In this document: piece after piece, positions 57,992 through 64,000 of the stretch | How the letters are laid out: every line of letters starts with the position of its first letter | How positions within the stretch are numbered: the stretch's first letter is position 1 | Assembly (NCBI GenBank): GCA_951406725.2 | Contig: OX597818.1 | Location: 78,926,001 to 78,990,000, forward strand | From: Octopus vulgaris | Taxonomy: Eukaryota | Reading direction: 5' to 3' | Length of the DNA stretch: 64,000 bases | The notes under the pieces: generated by a model | The model's database searches: none | The model's input: only the letters and a program-made list of their open reading frames with translations | Told to the model about the DNA's origin: nothing | Translations under genes and position numbers: made by a program

Positions 57992-59060
57992 ATATGTAGA
58001 AAAATACAAACTGGGACAAGAACGTAAAACATTTAGAAGACGATACAAAAACACGGACGGGACATTCGAAGCCTTCAATCTTCAGTCAAGAACCGGATCA
58101 TCCTCGCAATTTCGACTGATTAATCTTGAGATCGTTCCGATCCGGCCAGCCCCAAAGGAAAAACTAAGCTACGAGCATTAGATTTCTTGGAAAAAGGATC
58201 GAATGTATACGAAACAAGGACAGATAAACGGACGATGCCACACGAATATAAATACAAAAAAACAATAGTAATAACAGGACAAAAACAGCGGGTGTCTTAC
58301 GACTATAGACAGTACAACTTAGTTTAGCTGGCGCATTTGGAAAAAAATGCCTTTTTCGGCAGACGAAGAAAACGATGTTCTCGTGGCGCTGGTCAGAAGC
58401 CGAAAGGCTGGGTGACCAGCGGTCACGTGAGAGATGAAGAGAGAGAAAAAAGGGGGCAAAGGAATCAAAGAGAGAGAGAGAAAAAGAGGGACGAAGGCAC
58501 CTAAGGGGAGAGAAGAGAGAGAAAGAAGGAATTAAAGAGGGGAGAAGAAAGAGAGCGTGCCAAGGATTGGTTTGGCGACAGAATCAGTGAGGGGCAAAGT
58601 GAGAAAGACAGAGAAATGTGAGAGAGTGGGGGAAGAGGAGACCAGAGAATCAGAGGCAAGAAAAGAGAAAAGGAGGAGGAGAAGTAGAGAGAGAGAGAGA
58701 GAGAAAGAGACAGATCAAAGTAGAGTGCAAAGTGTGAAAGGCAGAGAAATGTAGGAGAGAGAGACAGTGTTATAGAGTCGTACCAAATTTAAAGAAATAT
58801 GTTCTTACATACAAGGCCAAAGAGGGTTCGGGCGCCGCTATATATATTATTATATGTAGAAAAATACAAACTGGGACAAGAACGTAAAGCATTTAGAAGA
58901 CGATACAAAAAACACATTCGAAGCCTTCAATCTTCAGTCAAGAACCGGATCATTCTCGCAATTTTGGCTGATAAATCTTGAGATCGCTCCGATCCGGCCA
59001 GCACCAAGGAAAAATTAAGCTACGAGCATTAGATTTCTTGGAAAAAGGATCGAATGTATA
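57985..59060. mobile_element. Element with ~210 bp direct terminal repeats (pseudo-LTR-like)
   Basis: 57985-58210 is repeated at 58845-59060 around a purine-rich non-coding interior. No TG..CA ends. Confidence 0.7.
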
Positions 59061-59835
59061 TATATATATATATATATATATTAAGTCTTTATTATATGTG
59101 CATATATATTTATTTATAGAGATTATTTTAGATCTTAATTATAATATTTATATATATTTTATATTTTCATTGATAATTTATATATAATAGTCATTTTTGT
59201 TTTTTTAAATATTTATTTAATTAGATATGGACTATTACCGATATTAGATTATTGGTGGGTTTCTTACCTTATAAATTAAAATTAATATTTAACATTATAA
59301 TCGATTTTGATTTAATCATAATTGTTAAGTTTTAAGTTTCTAGTTTGATAATAGAGTTTATTATAAGTAAAATTATTATATTATTTATATCTTAAAAATA
59401 TTGTTTAAACATTTCTGATTAATTTTTAAATATTTCAATTAACCTGAAGATTGACAGTAACCATAACTCGAATTATTAATTGAATTTAAATTATTGTTAT
59501 TCGAATTGGTACAGCCTTGAAACGATCGTAGTGTTTTATTCTTTCTCTTTTATTAAACTTTTAATACTCTTGATATTTAAAATAAATAAATAAATAAATA
59601 AATAAAATAATATAATAATATATAAATATAAAAATATACATACATACATATATATATATTTGTATATATATATATATAAATTTATAAGTTTAAATTATTT
59701 AAATAATTTTTTATTGTTAACTTTTATATTAAAATTAATTTTATGTATTGGCTTATGTTTTTCAGTTTGATTTGCCTAATAGTGGTTTTTATCTCTAATT
59801 TAATATAATATATATATATATACATACACACACAC

Positions 59836-59867
<32 letters not shown>

Positions 59868-60369
59868 ATGTATATATATATGTATATATATATGTATACG
59901 CATATATATGTGTATCTATATGTCTCTATATGTATATACATATATTTGCATATATATATGTATATGTATATACATTTATATATATGTAAATATATACATA
60001 TATATATGTATATATATATGTGAGTATATAATATATATGTATATATATATGTATGTATATGTATATATGTATGTATGTGTATATATATGTATATATTAAT
60101 ATATATGTGTAAATGTATGTATACCTGTGTGATTGTATGTATATATATATGTATGTATATTTGTATTTATATATATGTGCATGTGCATATATATAAGCAT
60201 ATATACATATATACGTATATATATATATATATATATACATATGTTTATATATGTAGGTAGGTAGATAGATAGATAGAAGATAGGTAGTCACAGAGGTAGA
60301 TACGTATGTAGAGAGAGGGGGAGGAGAAGGCGGATCCACCTTTCCTATTCACCTTTCATTTATTCATTT

Positions 60370-60550
60370 ATTGGAACATGCAACAACAAATAAATTTTAA
60401 GAGCGGTTCCCTTTTCAAAATAAATACAGATATGAACTGCAAAATACAAAACCTCATATACTGCATTACCTACCCAAACTACATAGAAAATTACATTGGC
60501 GGAACAAATAATTCCCTCTGCCAACGTGCAAGAATCCACAGGCAACATCA
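60370..60550 (+). mobile_element. Second GIY-YIG (Penelope-like) fragment
   Basis: MNCKIQNLIYCITYPNYIENYIGGTNNSLCQRARIHRQH. Confidence 0.8.
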
Positions 60551-61000
60551 AAAGTTGAGACAGTACATTTTTTATTCTAAATATAACTCAAATATCGGAA
60601 ATATAATGCTCACCTCAGTAAATATTCAGGTGTATATGTGTGCCATTGAGATGTTCTGAGCTTTGCATGTTTGTCTTGTCTCTAAATTAATGTTCTCTAA
60701 TGCAAAGCATGAAACTGAAAGAGGCGTGATTTTGTTTTTCATTGCAAAACATCGAAGTTACATAGTATAAACGGACATGTTCCCAAACATACACACAGAC
60801 ACACACATACACACACACACACACGTACACACTCACACAAACACACACAAACACTCAATACTGTTCATCAAGGGATTTCTCTTCAAGATTGAATGTTTGA
60901 AGGTAAAATGGAAAATTTATATATTCCAAATGTGACTCATCTCTACAAATGCTCAGATATATGTGTAACATTGGTATGTTCTAGCTTTTTGTATATATTT

Positions 61001-61352
<352 letters not shown>

Positions 61353-61571
61353 ATATATAACTACAAGAAAGTTAGAGGTTGTGAATCCAACCAACTAAGG
61401 GATAATATCTATCCAATATACTGCTAGTAAAATACCCAATTATTAATACAGAAATATTTTTATTGCATTGAAATTACATTACCTAGTGTACTAAATGGGT
61501 GAAGGTAAAGAGACATTTTACCATTAATTTATATTGCAATAAGAAAATGGAGGCGATTAATAGGTGGTTCG

Positions 61572-61642
<71 letters not shown>

Positions 61643-61829
61643 ATATATATATCACGTATGTAAACTTGGAAATGGATGCGTGGCTTTTAATTAAATAATA
61701 ATATACATGATATATATATGTGATGGAGTGTGATGGTAAAGTATAAACTAGATGAGCTAGGCTTGAGTGAGGCCAGATAGAAAGGCACAAAACACTAACA
61801 CTGGAAGAAGGTAACACAACGCTGTTGTA

Positions 61830-62500
61830 CACAGGGAACGAAATGGGTGATCTTATTATTTCTCAATTTTTTCAATTTCTTTGGTATGGACACTGTAATA
61901 GGGAATTGCAAATTTCATAGTATTAGACTGTTTCTTTATTTTGTCCTTCATAATCATATCTGGTCTTCTTTCTTCAATAGTATGGTCAGTCTTTAGCAGA
62001 AAATCCTACAAGATCCTGATTCTCATTTTCTATAATAGCTTCTAGTTCGTGTTCACATCACTTTTTTGTTACTTTGAAACCTCATATTCACCTAATATCC
62101 TAATGCACGATTTGCCTAAGCAGTCATGCCTGCGCTTATACGCCATTTTGTGCAAAGTATACTGCACTCACTCAAAAAGTGATTGATATTTTAATCTTCT
62201 TTCCTGCTAATTCTACACTTGATATCTGACTGAATTTTGCCGACTTTAGCCCTTATCAGATTTGATTTAATGGTTTGTTCCTGAACGGCTATAATTATTG
62301 CTTTGGCTTTTCGTTCCAAGTTCTCGTCTGTCAAACAGAGCCAGCGTACTTTATTTCCAAATTTCTCGATTTGTTACATGAATTGTTCATGTAATTCCAT
62401 TTCCTTACATTTGCTTATTCTATTGTTCTCCCTTTCTTCTTTGAAACCTCTGTTTCAGTCACCTTTTGGTTATCTCTGGCCGAGAGTTTTTTCCTTTATT
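61830..62500 (-). mobile_element. Highly degenerate R4/Dong-like LINE 3' fragment
   Basis: Remnants IIAVQEQTIKSNLIRAKV and DHTIEERRPDMI. Confidence 0.65.
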
Positions 62501-62741
62501 CTACGCAACATTTTTTTTTCGGGCTCAGTATCGTAATATTGGATTGGATTGAATTCGACTGGATTACCTGTGTTCAGTCCACTTCCGAACGAAGGCCTCA
62601 CTATGGCCCCGCCCACATAAGACCACAGTCTTATGTGGGCGGGGCCATGAATTTGAGCTTGTGATATTACTAGTTTGATGAGCCTACTCTGCTACACTGG
62701 CTCGATATGGCTTCGTAGAGGAACGTTGTATTAGTAATAAT

Positions 62742-62809
<68 letters not shown>

Positions 62810-62829
62810 TCATCATTATTACTATTTTA

Positions 62830-64000
62830 ATTTTAATCTACATGTTTGTTACTGTCACTTGCCGAGACAGACCCAGTGTCCTGGGGCGAGTGAACGATAA
62901 GAAATGTTACAATATGGCTGAAAGCTTGGGGAGGGGAAGTAGCGAAATATCACCGTATAATACAACACAGACATTTAAATGGATAGGGTTTTTCTAACTA
63001 TGGGAGCAATACTTGTAAGTACAATCTATTGGATTTCTCTGAGATATCGTTCTCCTAGGATCTTATCTAGATCCCTTTTTATCATACCTAAGGCACCTAC
63101 AATAACAAGAACAGTTCTTGTTTTAAGATGCCACATCTTTTGTATGTCAATTTCCAGGTCCTTATATTTCCTTAATTTGTCAATTTCCTTTACAGATATA
63201 TTTTTATCAGTGGTAACACTTACTTCTATTAGTCTACAAGTATTTTCTTCCCTGTCTTTAATGATTATGTCTGGTCGATTAGCTTGGATCATTCTGTCGG
63301 TGTTGACTGGAAAATCCAAGAGGATAGTGACATTTTTACTTCCTGCGACTGGCTTATGATGATGTTCATACCAGTAAGCAGAAGTGCCGATTTTGTAGTG
63401 TCTACATATTTTCCAACTAAATACTGTCCTACAATATCGTGGCGATTTTTGTATTCATTTGGTGTCTGTACAGGACATCCCGAGACAAGATGGTGTATTG
63501 TTTCGTCAATCGTGCCGCAGAATCTGCATTTAGAGTAAGTACCGTTTTGAAGAATGTTAGCCTGGTAGTTTCTGTTAAGCAAATTTTGATATTGTGCCAC
63601 GAAAATGAAACTTCTAGTATTTGCATTTCGTCCTGAACTTCTCAGCCACTGATGGGTTGTTGCTTGGCCTAAATAAGCATTTCGACTTCGAAGAATATAC
63701 TGCCCACGTGAGGCTTCTGCTTCCACCTCTCCTTAGTTTGTTCCCGTTCATTTTTGAAGTCTGTTTGATCTATTGTACATGTTTTGTGGCGGTGGTTTCA
63801 GGTTCTTCAAATATTTTAGTATTATTGCCAAGTTCCCTTGCGTATTTTCAAGCTTCCTTGAGATGAGAATGTGATTTTTTGCTCCTTGAGAACAGAATGT
63901 GATTTTTTGCTGCTTTCGTGTTTGCACACAAATCGCACACAAGTCCAGTCCTCTGTACTGGATAAGTACATGTTCATTGCTATAGCACAGTCTTATAGCC
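62830..64000 (-). mobile_element. R4/Dong-like LINE (CCHC finger + restriction-like endonuclease), frameshifted
   Basis: CRFCGTIDETIHHLVSGC, RHD, NRPDIII...LIEVSV...KLRKYKDL...IVGALG. The 3' end abuts (TAA/TAG)n at 62730-62825. Confidence 0.88.

Noticed and set aside
62670-62712. TTGATGAGCC...GGCTCGATA hammerhead-like string
   Set aside because: Both core boxes deviate and there is no stem I or III.

Overview
AT-rich, repeat-dense animal genomic DNA, most likely octopus (inferred from the SINE families and dense (TA)n/(CA)n microsatellites). The only intact gene is a minus-strand multi-exon scavenger-receptor cysteine-rich (SRCR, group A) gene: 8 exons encoding 4 domains at 82-16821, continuing off the left edge, with no first exon identified. 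A heavily decayed minus-strand cadherin-repeat coding region lies at about 41.8-53.0 kb. Mobile DNA includes a CR1-like LINE, R4/Dong-like LINEs, Penelope-like (GIY-YIG) relics, an IR-DR Tc1 (DD34E) in two complementary truncated copies, mariner and pogo relics, non-autonomous Helitrons, hAT and mariner MITEs, and many tRNA-SINEs. The most notable observations are (1) a TSD-flanked 5.8S rRNA-SINE chimeric retrocopy, (2) several non-coding foldback elements in (TA)n that carry hammerhead-ribozyme motifs, including a ~1 kb palindrome and a U3-A8 core variant, (3) an SRCR domain that has lost both partners of one disulfide, and (4) the cadherin relic. All calls are by manual reading, with no database search or folding software. 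Repeat boundaries are approximate unless termini are quoted.
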